From: Vicugna vicugna | Taxonomy: Eukaryota | Direction: 5' to 3' | Assembly (NCBI GenBank): GCA_013265495.1 | Contig: MU058418.1 | Span: 1,264,917-1,326,916, forward strand | Length of the DNA stretch: 62,000 bases | Shown: positions 36,190 through 47,322 of the stretch, one piece after another | Layout: the number at the start of each line of letters is the position of its first letter | How positions within the stretch are numbered: the stretch's first letter is position 1 | The notes under the pieces: model-generated | Told to the model about the DNA's origin: nothing | Databases searched by the model: none | The model's input: the letters and a program-made list of their open reading frames with translations, nothing else | Position numbers and translations under genes: made by a program

Positions 36190-36285
36190 CTTTTTTTTTT
36201 AATTGAAATGTTGTTGATGCATAATGGCATGTTAGTTTCAGATGTACTACATAGTGACTTGATATTTGCATACATTATGAAATGA
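36190..36285 (-). mobile_element. Short L1 3' tail fragment
   Basis: Poly-T then AATTGAAATGTTGTTGATG...TTAGTTTCAGATGTACTACATAGTGACTTGATATTTGCATACATTATGAAATGA. Confidence 0.7.
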
Positions 36286-37789
36286 GGGATTGTGGGTTGT
36301 TTTTTTTAATGGAATTACTCACTTGGCTTGGTTATTTGTTTCCCAAATACAGATTTTATAAAAGTCATTTTAAGTGTAAAAAAAAGCCTTCAAGTTATAC
36401 ATTTGAGAATTGAAATCATGAAAGGACTCTAAATGTGCAAATGTGTGTGGTTCAAATGTGATGCTTTCACAAAATAACCCATGTTTGGAGGCCTGGATGC
36501 TTCCCCCATCACATATGTCTCACTTGTGATTTTGTCACCTACTTTGGTGGCATCAGCTGTCCTTCCAGAAGTGAGCACAAGCAGCCCCTCAGAGGGCACA
36601 GAAATGTGGTACTAAAGGAGTGTGAACTGCTCAGGAGAGCTGGGAGGGAGTGAAGGTGAGCCCTTTCCAACCTGAGGAGAAGAGCAACCTCCTGAGAAGA
36701 GGAGGCTGAACCACCGACCAGAATCTCTTCTCTGGTGGGAAGCTGGGGGCTCTCAGGCCAGACGCCTTGAACGCCATCCCCTGGTGTGGGCTAGGTGGGC
36801 TCACAAAGCGTGTTCCACGAGGACCTGTACTCTGATAGGTCACCAAGAAGGGTTCTACCAGGAGTTAAATTCAGAGAAGAGTCCTTCCAACGAAGGAAAA
36901 ACGTTCTTCTGAGATGTCTGAACCATCTTAGATGAATAGCTTTCAAGCTCAAATATACCATCCTCACAGCAACGCTGGGAGCTTTCGGTGGTATTTTTCC
37001 CGATCAGGGTTTGCTATCACATAGGCACAGTCCTCATACCTTGCTAGCTTGAGAGTTTTAAACTGTTTACATCATACTTGCAAACTTTGCCAAACTGTAA
37101 AAACTGTCATCTTCCCGTTTCACAGGTTTATTGCACTTCCAGGTGTGGATTTGAGAGAGGCAAACATCAGATTCAATGTCTCTTATCACACCCTGTGGAG
37201 GCTTTAGTATCAGACTATTCCAGGAAACTTTACACATTAGGGGACCTGCCAAATTGCACCAGGGAGATCCATACATTCTGAAAAGTAACGAGTGGTTCCG
37301 AATGGCTTTGATTTCATTTAAGGACCACATCAATGTTTTAAAGTAATTTGTATTTAAGATTCCAATCTCTTAAGCATTTTAAAATAGACTTTCTACCAAG
37401 TGGACATGGACACATGCTCACTTCACAAGTTTTCCCAAGATGAGAAGTGGAGTAGATGGACCACTTTATCAATGATAGCCCAGTGCCATCTGCTGCAGGC
37501 CAGTCAGCAGGCAGCACTGCATTCAGTCTGCCTTCATGTCTTCCTTTCCCTTAGATGTGATTTATTGGATTTTACAATAGAATATATAAAAAGTAATCAC
37601 AAACTCAGTTCTGACTGCTGACTTTCTAAAGAGGAGTTGAGTACTTCTTTCCTTCATCTGGCAAACAATAACTTATGAGGTGCTCAGCCTGGTCCCTGTG
37701 CTTTCAAGGGGCCTGCATCCCAAAATCTAGTTGGGTGAAGAAAATTAAAAACAAGAAAGAAGTGCTGTAATTTCAAATCAACTCAATTT

Positions 37790-39460
37790 TTTTGTTTGTT
37801 TTGTTGGGGATTTTTTTGTGTGTGTATGATTTTTTTGAATTGTTTTTTTTATAGACTCTTCTTCCTTGCTTATACTTTCAAACTTCTCTTTTACTTTTTG
37901 AAATATATTAAGCCCACTTACTTTCTACATCTGCTTATCCCAGTACCCCAAATCTTCGTATATCTGAGCTTACTTTTTGTTTCCCTCTGCTCTTACTTAT
38001 GCAGTCCTTCTTTCTTGTGTGTTTTGTGTTTTCTGATCGTGAGCTTCTGTTCCTGCAGCTTTATCTGTGGGCATCCTTTGGGGCCTAGGTTCAAGACATT
38101 CCTTTGAAGAGGTGTTGTATGTGCTTTTGCCAGCTGATTGGAGGACTTCAAACTTGGAATTGCTAAGATTTTTAAATTCTGTTGTATCATGAACTTGGGT
38201 CACAATCTTACATGCAGACCTCACCATAGTTATGAACTCTCAAGGAAGACTTAGATATCTTTTTTATTCCTCCATCCAGCCCCAGGATCAAGACAGGCAC
38301 ATTTTTCAGGGTCCTCTTCTGCCTAGCAGATCAACTTCACATTCATCTTCACATTGACTCTTTGGACTCCTGGTTTTATGGGAGAGGTTTTTTTTTTTTT
38401 TTTAAATATATAAACATTTTATTTTGAATGAACTTATTTTTTCCTGGTTTTATTGAGATATAACTGACATACATCATTGTGTAAGTATAAGGTGTACATG
38501 ATTTGTTATACATATATATTGTGAAATGGTTACCACAATAAGGTTAGTTAACACATGTCACCTCACATAGTTACTTTGTTTTTTGGTGTGGTGAGAATAT
38601 TTAAGATCTACTCTTTTAGCAATTTTCAAGCATACAATACAGTATTGTTAACTGTAGTCACCATGTCATACCTTAGATCCCCAAAACATATTCATCTGAT
38701 AACTGAAAGTTTACACCCTTTGATCAGCATCTCCCCATTTCCTCCATGCCCCAGCTCCTGGCAACCACCAATCTACTTTCAGTTTCTATGAGTTTGACTC
38801 TTTTAGTTCACACATATAAACAAGGTAATGAGATCATACAGTCTTTCTCTGTCTGACCTATTTCACTTAGCATAATGCCCTCAAGATTCATCCATGTCAC
38901 AAATGGCAGGAGTTCCTTCCTTTTTATGGCTGAGTAATATTCCATTGTATAAATACACCCTACAACTTCTTTTCCCATGCATCTGTTGACAGATACTTAG
39001 GTTGTTTCAGTGTCTTGGTAATTATGAATGAGTGGGGGGGGCACAGATATCTTTTTGATTTAGTGATTTCATGTCCTTTGGATATGTACCAGAAGTGAGA
39101 TTGCTGGATCACATGGTAGTTCTATTTTTAATGTTTTGAGGAACCTCCATACTGCTTTCCATAGTGGTTGTATCAGTTTGCATTCGGAGAGATTCTTATT
39201 TTGCTCATGATTTTGTGCAGGCCTAAGGCTTTATCTGCTGTCTCTCAGCCCCTGCACACCTTAAATTGTGGAAACTCAAGACACTGTTGTTTGACACATT
39301 TTCTAGGAGCTTGCTTACTTCCCAGGGGTCCCACTTTAACTTTGTTTTTGGTTTCTGTGGTTTTCTGCCCAGCTCAATGGTTCATTAAATTTTTTTAAAA
39401 AATATTATCCAGCTTTAGTTTTTATCAGGAGGTTTGTTCTGGGAATCTACCAATCATATT
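37790..39460 (-). mobile_element. Ancient L1/HAL1-like element split by a younger L1 insertion
   Basis: T-rich L1/HAL1-like sequence lies on both sides of 38388-39185. Flanks GGAGAGGTTTTT and GGAGAGATTCTT resemble a decayed TSD. Confidence 0.45.
38388..39185 (-). mobile_element. L1 (L1MA-like) 3' end
   Basis: Poly-T; TTTATTGAGATATAACTGACATAC...TTAAGATCTACTCTTTTAGCAATTTTCAAG...TTCACTTAGCATAATGCCCTCAAGATTCATCCATG...GATTGCTGGATCACATGGTAGTTCTATTTTT. Confidence 0.9.
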
Positions 39461-39611
39461 AAATGGACATACTTTAGAAACAAGGTTAGATAATGTATAA
39501 CCAGTTGCTAAGCAGAGCTGAGGTACAGCTTCTCATGTGCTTCTGTTCCCTTTTTCTTCAGAACCAATCTTTGTCCTCAGGACAGCAGACAGTGGCTGAG
39601 GGGAGTAGGGG

Positions 39612-39809
39612 TAATGGTGTGCTGGCAAACTGGCTCTCAGAAAGAAGAACAGAAGACTTGATTGTTAGCATTTGCCATGTCTATGGGCTAAATACTCCCA
39701 CAGCAGTCCACTTCAAGCTACCAATCTGATTCACTGAACAAGGAGTCTGGAAGAGACATGTACAGTTATTTTGCCTGCATGGGAAGGGACCAGCTCTAGC
39801 ATGCCTCTG
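39612..39809 (-). mobile_element. MER63A-like hAT-Blackjack MITE
   Basis: TGGTGTGCTGG...TAAATACTCCCAC...TTCAAGCTACCAA...TCACTGAAC...GGAAGAGA...CTAGCATGCCTCTG, with degenerate terminal inverted repeats. Confidence 0.7.
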
Positions 39810-40194
39810 CAGAGGCAGAAGGTGTAAGGTAGGGTGTCTGAGTCAAGTGTCTGGAGACCAGTCAGGACACATAAATGAGGGAAGACGGCCTGAGGAGGAG
39901 GAGGTGAACTGGAGAGCATGTACCGGCTCACTGTTGCCTTGTGGGGATGGTGCCAGATCTGGTTCTTTTCAAGAAGGGTCAGAAATCTGATATTGAGGTG
40001 AAATCTCCTTTTTAAATGTTGGCAATTGACTCAAAAACTTTAAAAATGTACACGACAGCTGAAATACAACCTGAGCGAGGCAGATTTGGCCAGATCACCA
40101 CCAGCTGTGGACTAATTGGGTTAGTGCTTGGGGTTCTGTTTGCCTATCTAGTTCTAGCCTGTTTCTTTAGGCCAGCCTATATAAAGCAGTGCTG

Positions 40195-40380
40195 TTGGAG
40201 AGGCAGTGCAGGGTTGGAGGAGGGACACATGCCATGGATTCAAGCAGACCTGAGTTCAAATCCTGGCCCTGCCACTTACTGTGTAACCTTGGGCAAAATC
40301 CTGTAAAAATGACAGGGACGATTATTCTAGAGGTAAACTGAGATATACTGTGTCAGGAACCTGTGTATAGTGAGTTAATG
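40195..40380 (+). mobile_element. MIR SINE
   Basis: CAGACCTGAGTTCAAATCCTGGCCCTGCCACTTACTGTGTAACCTTGGGCAA. Confidence 0.75.
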
Positions 40381-40609
40381 GCTCTGTCCTCATTCTTAAG
40401 CAGAAGCCAATTTGTCATAGCTGAGGGCAAACCGTGGAGTGTGCAGAAGAAAGACTTCCTCACCCTTCACTGCCTTGGATTCACCTGGCAAATATTTAAA
40501 AAAATATCACTGCCAGACCCTACTCTTAAAGATTCTAACTCAGTCGGTCCAAGAATTAGCCTGGGCACCATTATTTTTTAAAGTGCCCCTCCTACACATA
40601 TTCTAATCC

Positions 40610-40790
40610 TAAATGCTTTAGATTCATAATCTCATTTAACCCAACCATTCCCAGCAATCTTAGAAGGTATTCTCCTCATCTTATGAATGAGGACCTGAGG
40701 CTCAATGGTTAAATAACAGCCCAAGGTCATATAGCTGGTAGGTGAGAGGATTAGACTCAACCTCAGAACCTGAATTCTTAACCCCCCTGC
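40610..40790 (-). mobile_element. MIR SINE
   Basis: ATCTCATTTAACCC...ATGAGGACCTGAGGCTCA...GGTTAAATAACAGCCCAAGGTCATATAGCTGGTA. Confidence 0.7.
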
Positions 40791-40827
40791 CATTTATTCA
40801 TTTATTTTTAAAAATTTTCCCAAATAA

Positions 40828-41735
40828 AAAAATTGAAGTATACTTGATTTACAATGTATTAGTTTCTGGAGTACAGCATAGTGATTCAGTTATACATATA
40901 TATATACACCTATTCTTTTTCATATTCTTTTTCATTACAGGTTACTACAAGCCACTGAATATAGTTCCCTTGCTGTACAGTAGGACCTCGTTGTTTATCT
41001 ATTCTGTACGTGGTAGACTGTATCTGACAATCCCCAACTCCCAATTCATTTCTCCCTCTCCCTTCCCCTCATTGTGACCATAAGTTTGTTTTCTATGTCT
41101 GTGAGTCTCTGTTTTGTAAATAAGTTCATTTGTGTCATTTTTTAAGATTCCACATATAAATGATATCATATATTTGTCTTTCTCTGACTGACTTCACTTA
41201 GTATGATAATCTCTAGGCCCATCCATGCTGCTGTCATGATATTATTTGATTATTTTCAATGGCTGAGTCATATTCCATTGTGTGTGTATATATATGTATG
41301 TATATACATATATACCATTTCCTTTATCCATTCATCTGTCAATGGACATTTAGGTTGCTTCCATGTCTTGGCTATTGTAAAAAGTGCTGCTGTGAACATT
41401 GGGGTGCATGTATCTTTTTGAATTAGTTTTCTCCAAATATGTGCCCAGGAGTGGGATTGCTGGATCATATGGTAACTCTTATTTTTAATTTTTTAGGGAA
41501 CCTCCATACTGTTCTCCAAAGTGGCTGCACTGATTTGCATTCTTACCAACAGTGTAGAAGGGTTCCTTTTACTCCACACCCTCTCCAGCATTTATTTTTA
41601 GACTTTTTGATGATGGCTGTTCTGACCCCAGTGTGAGGTGACACCTCATTGTAGTTTTGATTTGCATCTCTCAAATAATTAGTGATGTTGAGCACCTTTT
41701 CATGCGCCTGTTGGTCATCTGGATGTCTTCTTCCC
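40828..41735 (-). mobile_element. 5'-truncated L1 (ORF2 C-terminus plus 3'UTR)
   Basis: Minus-strand translations [16 protein letters not shown] and QKDTCTPMFTAALFTIAKTWKQPKCPLTDEWIK match L1 ORF2p; 3'UTR AATTGAAGTATACTTGATTTACAA. Confidence 0.93.
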
Positions 41736-44079
41736 CATGCCATTTAGCACTACTCTACCTATCACATTTGGTCTTTGTGAGGCTTAAAGTGCTTAGTTCA
41801 GGGCCTGGAACATACTAAGTTTCACAGGTTAGCTATCATCATTACCTCATAACACCCAAACAAAGAATCCTTCCCACTTTCTCTTGTCTATGCAATTCCA
41901 TCTCAGGTACATCTTCACCCTTTTTTGGGCCTTTTGTATTTTCCCCCCTGAAAACACACATACTTGCCCTTCAACTGAACCACAGGACAGTCACTATAAT
42001 GACTCAGGAGAGGCTCTGCCAGGGTATGTCAAGCCTGAAAGAGGTAAAGGGGAGGAGGTAGGACAGGAGCTCCAGAGCCTTGGAGAGGGTGATGATGAAA
42101 CCTGCCTGGATTGATGCCCCAGAGAATAAGCCAAAGCTCAAGATCTTTGGTAATAATGTTCAATAAGTGTGTTTTTCATTGGAGTAGTTTGCTGAGGAAC
42201 AGGGAGGCAGAGGAAGGGACTAATGAGGGTGTCAGACAAAGGATGGGGAGCAGGTATAGACCTGAATACTGGGGATCCTTCTTTCCTTCCAGCTGGATCA
42301 CGTATTTGCCGGGAGGCTATATTATATTTGTGTTTCCTGTCTTCCTTGTTGAGATGGACACAGAAGCCAATCCAAGAGGGAAATGAGCACTGTGCTCAGT
42401 CCTTATTGTTTGGGCTCTGTGGTCAGAGGGAGTATCCAGCTAACACAGGTGCAAGGACCCAGGTGCTAGTGGTGGTCCCCTCAGAGGGAGATCACTGGCA
42501 TCTACCACCAGTCTCCCATAATTAGATACTTGAGGTGGTGAGTTTACTTAGCTTATTTAGGTAAATTAAAAAAAAGTTTGCTCCTCCAGTGAATGAATTT
42601 ATAAAATAGAGTGGACAGTTACCACCTTAAATCATTTGTAAGTGGGGGAAGTTTCGACCAAAAATTCTAGTGCATCGGGAATGCTGGCATACCTTCCTGA
42701 TTAACTAACCATAACTTACTCAGCTTTCCTATACTAAACACCTCGGGGGAGAAAGGAAGGACCAAGGAAGACTTCAAGGCGAAGCCAAAGGTCAAAGCAA
42801 TTTCAGGCTAAAAGAGAACAATCACTGGGATTCAATCTCTGAGTTTTCAAAGGTTTGCCCACAGGGACACATTACAGATGTTAATTTTTTGGGTAAGATT
42901 CACATTTACCAAGCTGAATGTTTGTAGTCACTGCCATTTGAAGTTTTGATCCTCAACTCATTTGACACTTACCCAACACTGTACATACAACCTCTTGTAT
43001 TTGTCTTGTACTGCTTTTAAACTCTTGAAATACTGAACTTCTAAACATCTCATCACTCCACTAAGACTGTAAAGCTTTTTGAGGGAAATAACTGTATTTG
43101 TCCCCACCCCCTGATAGTTGCTAAGAGGGTCACAATGAGTTCAGTTAATCTACTGAATCTTTAACTGTTCCATTTTGGGGGAATGCCCTTGGGATATACA
43201 TTCTGTAAATGGACACTCAACATGTTTATAGAGAAAAGCTTACGGCCAACAGCCTGGCCAGTGTAAACATATTCTTTCACCGTCTGTGCTTAATGACAAA
43301 GGACTGCTTAGATTTAGAGAAGGGGCGATTTGTCTTACAGTGTGTTAAAGTATTAAAAATGAGCAACTGAAAATCCTTTGGATTTTATGCTGTACCACAG
43401 TGCAAAGCCCTGGATGAACTGGTCTCCTGGTTATTCCTGAAAAGCAGAAAATCAGACTGATGGTGTGATGTATTTTACCCGGCTTTGGGCAGTTGAAGCT
43501 GAGTTCTGATTGTGCATCACAGTCGACACTACCAGATTATGAACCAAATGCAAACTCAGGCCTTCTCAGCGGGACAGGTCCACAAGGAGAGTAGAGGTTC
43601 CTCCCACAGAGGAGTAAGCCCAGGAAGCGGTCAGAGCTCTTTACTCCAAACTTGCCCCCTCCAAGAACAACCCGAAATAGATGCGCATTTGTGTGTGAGC
43701 AGAGGTGTACGTCTAAGAGACGAGCACACATGGACTCAGGACATTCAAGCAAGGGAGCGAAGGGACAAAACCAGCAAAGGTGACGAGAATCCACCTCAGG
43801 TCCAAGGTATTGTATGCCAGTCAGTAAGTGAACGTGTGAAATCTGCTCCGGAACCAGTGACTGCGGAGCCTGGCCATGGCGCGCCCATTAGCACTTAAAG
43901 AAATAGGTGGCTTTGTTCCCGGAATATGAATAAGGGAGCCAAGCAGGGGCTTTAAAAAGGCAGCATTCTGAGGCGGGAGCATGTCCTCTGCGTGAGGCTA
44001 GGGCAGTGCGGGAAACTGCAATCAGGCTCTCCAGCCACAGCTGTCGGCTGTACAGGAAGCCCGCACTGAGGACAGTCTT

Positions 44080-44960
44080 GCTAGCCGGTGAGCAGCGCTA
44101 GGAGAGGCCGTGGCGCGGCCCCGCCGCGTCCCCTAGCCCGCACAAGCGGCCCTACTCGCCCGCCACTCCGCTGCGCGGGCAGCACAACATTCCATTTAAA
44201 AATAACACCCACGTGCGCTGGTAAACAAGCGCGCGCGGCTACCCGTGCCGCGCGCCCCGGGCGAGCCTGTGCGGCGCGCGTCCGCCCTCCTCCCGCACGT
44301 GTCTGCCGGCTCCGCCCGCGCCCAGCCGTGCCAGCGCGGCCCAGTCTCCGCCCTCTCGGAGGGCCGCGCACCGCCCCCTAGCCCCGCAGCTCCTCGGCCC
44401 TAGCGAACCCTTTACTACTAGACGCACCCCGCAGAGTACTCTTCAACTTTCATCCCCTGACGCCACCTCATCTCAGCAGAACCCATCGCCTCATGTCTGC
44501 TTCCCTTCCCCTCCCCGTCCTCTCACGTTCCCCTCCTTTTAACTCTCCTTCCCGTCAGCGCGCGAAGGATTGGCTTCTGGTTAGTCCTCTGTCCTCTCCT
44601 TCCTTCGAATTTTACTCGATTGTTTATTTGTTGGGGGGCGGAGGCGGGGGGCGGAGAGGGGCGTCTGGGGCCTGGAGACGGGTGGCCGCAGCCAGTCAGC
44701 GCGCGGCGTGGCTTGACGAGTAAGCGGCACAGCGAATGGCGACGCGGCACAGAGCTCCCGGGTCACGCGCGTGTGGATTCAATGACATCATCTGTTTGTA
44801 CGCGTCGAACTAGCTTGGTGCAGGGGCGGGGCCATGCGTCACTTGAGTGACGGGTGCTGCGCAAAGCCTGGAGCCTGGAGACGGCCCTGTGGGCGGACTC
44901 TTGCGTATGCTGGGTTGGACCTTTTTGTGTATCGGGTTATTGCGGAGCCCGCTCTGGACT
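44080..44960. promoter_or_regulatory. Upstream CpG island / distal promoter module of FOXO3
   Basis: Very high GC and CpG density. Contains GC boxes (44636, 44823), CACGTG (44210, 44296), GTAAACA (44221), inverted CCAAT (44569) and TGACATCA (44783). Confidence 0.85.
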
Positions 44961-45949
44961 CTAGGATACCTCCAGTGACTTGAAAGGATTTAAGGGGGAA
45001 AAATGATATTTATGAATCAAAGTGGGTAGATTTTGGTGTGCGTGTCGCTTGTAGTGCATTTTTAGCGCACAATGAACGACTTGGGTACTGATTGTAGGAT
45101 AAGGACTTGTGACGATGTTTTTCTAAATCTAAAGGAGTATCTTTCTTTTAAAAAGTAAAAAATGCACAATTAGCTGTTTTGTCGTCATTTAAACATTAGA
45201 CTTATTATTTCCCATTCACAATTATTCAAATTCCGTTCCTGCATTTAGGAATGTGGAATAATTTGCTTTTCTCCATAGTTACACTTCTCTCGTTTGCCGT
45301 GAAATTCATGAAAAGTAACACTATTGCGATCAAGCGTCCTAGGTTAGAGACTCAGTGGAAACAAACTGGTGCCTGATCAAATCTGAGGGCGTCAGCGTAT
45401 GGAAGTCCTAAGGGTACCAACATCTTTGCTTGTCAGTATTTACACGCCGAGGTAACCCTTGCCATCTGCAGTCAGCATCTTATCTCGGGTGTTACCTGGT
45501 GTCAGGTTCTTATGGGGAACAGGACACCAGGGCGGGCCCAGAGCCTAGCGGAGGGACACGCAAGCTGGGGACCCTGGTGCCAGGTACTCTTCTCTGTTTG
45601 AGTCAGGCAGGCTATACGACTGCGGTCGTGGGGCGTTTGGGGCTCTGCGCTCCTCCCTCCCTCTTCTCCTGGACCAGCGCCGCGCTTTGTTGTTGAGGCT
45701 CTTGGGAGGGAGGAGGAGCTCGGTGGAGACAGCTGCGGGAGCCCGCTAGAGTTCTGGCCCCCAGCGCGCGCCCTGACACCCATGCCCGCATCCCCGCGGA
45801 GCCGGGCCGCGCAGGCGCGCGCGCGCAACACGCACACGAGCACACCCAGGCCCGCCACCCAGCCCTCCCTCTGGGCGGGGACCCGCCCGCCGTCAGCTTA
45901 GGTTGAGGCACCCTGCGTGTGTCTATAACTTTGTGCTGCTGCCGCGGCT

Positions 45950-46145
45950 GCCCTGCTCGTGGAAGGGAGGAGGAGGAATGTGGAAGGCGGCGGCGCGCAG
46001 GCCGACAGGCGGTTCTTCAGCCGGGCTGTGGTGGCGGCCCGAGTGCCTCTCCTTGGCCGAGGTTGCGCGCCCCCTCCTCGCCGTGCCCTGGGCCCGCGCG
46101 GGATTGTGCGTCCTCCCTCCTCGTCCCTGAAGGGAAGGAACCGAG
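45950..46145 (+). other. FOXO3: Probable upstream non-coding first exon of FOXO3 (start approximate)
   Basis: TATAA at 45924-45928, donor GAG|GTAGG at 46145/46146, and a matching acceptor CTCCTCTCTCCTCTGGTGCTTCCTTAG| at 47187. Consistent with the two known 5' variants of human FOXO3 as recalled. Confidence 0.65.
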
Positions 46146-47187
46146 GTAGGCGCCAGAGAGGTGCAGCGGGGCGACCGCCTTCTCGGTGACTCCGGATCTG
46201 CTTCCGAGCTGGGCCAGGCGCTTCCCTTTTCCCTCCCCGTGACTCGGTGTGCGCGCCCCCTCTTCTCTCCCGCTAGTGTTTTTAAATTAGGACTTGAGTG
46301 AAGGGGGGAAACTGTCAAGATGGCAGCAGCGGGAGCACGGAGGTGATGAACGTGCTGGTCCGGGTTTTCTGGCCGCCCGGGATATCTGGCGTTTCCCGAC
46401 CTGTTGGAAGATTTACGTTATGACTCGCCCCTCCCCCCACCTTTACAGGGAAGTGGGTGGAGGGCAGAACGCCTGCGAGAAAATAAACCACACAAATCCC
46501 AAAAGTAGCCGTTCCTGCTCAGCTCGACCCTTCACAAACACCCGCCGAGCTGCTTGCCCCCCTTCTTCCTGTCTTTCTTTTTTTTCTGGAAGTGACATGG
46601 GCCTGTTTGCGCTCGGACCCAGGTTCGCCCTCCTGGCCCCCAGGGGAAGAGAGAAGGGAACTGCTGGCGCGGTCCCGGGCTCGGGCGCTCTGCTGTGAGA
46701 GGGGTCGCAGGGGATGCAGAGGCAGCTGGGCTGGGGCCGGGGAGAAGAGCCGAAGACGCCACAGACTTTGGTGGCGGCGTCGCAGGAAGCACTTGAGCGG
46801 GCCAGAGCGAAACATAAACAAATGCACGCTCGCACGGACTCTGGCTCCGACCGAGGCTCGGCTGCGCCAGCTCTGGCTGTTGCCCGCTTTAAAGGCGCGG
46901 CCGCGCCCCTCCCCCTTCCCCGCCCCTCCCCCCCCGACGTTGGCGGCAGAGGGGGGAGGGGGGCTGCCCCGTGCGAGCCCGTCGATTCGCTCCCGTCTTC
47001 CCCGCGGCCTGGCCGGGGGGCGGCGTCTGCTGCGCCAGGTTCGCGGGACGCACGTCTCCAGGTCTGCCTGCTCCTGGGAGGCGGGTGCGGTGCAGTCGGG
47101 GAGCGGCGGCGGTGGGCAAGGACTCGCGGAGGACTGGGCTGTAGCCCGGGATAACCAACTCTCCTCTCTCCTCTGGTGCTTCCTTAG

Positions 47188-47322
47188 GCAGCAGCAGTAG
47201 CAGCGGCAGCGGTGCCCAGGAGCCTGAGCCTTCGCGGTGTCCTCGTCCCTCCCCCGCCGCACCCCGCCCCAGCGCGAGAGGAGAGCGCGAGAGCCCGAGC
47301 CCCGGGCAGGCGGGCGCCGAAG
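47188..47322 (+). other. FOXO3: FOXO3 5'UTR part of the first coding exon (extends further 5', to ~46970, in the proximal-promoter variant)
   Basis: Polypyrimidine tract plus AG at 47186-47187; no ATG until 47323. Confidence 0.7.

Noticed and set aside
43512..43898. 128-aa ORF upstream of the CpG island
   Set aside because: GTG start, no recognisable homology; compatible with chance in the CpG-island shore.
43500..47000. Glucocorticoid or p53 response elements reported for FOXO3
   Set aside because: I could not find a convincing full consensus by eye; needs a PWM scan.
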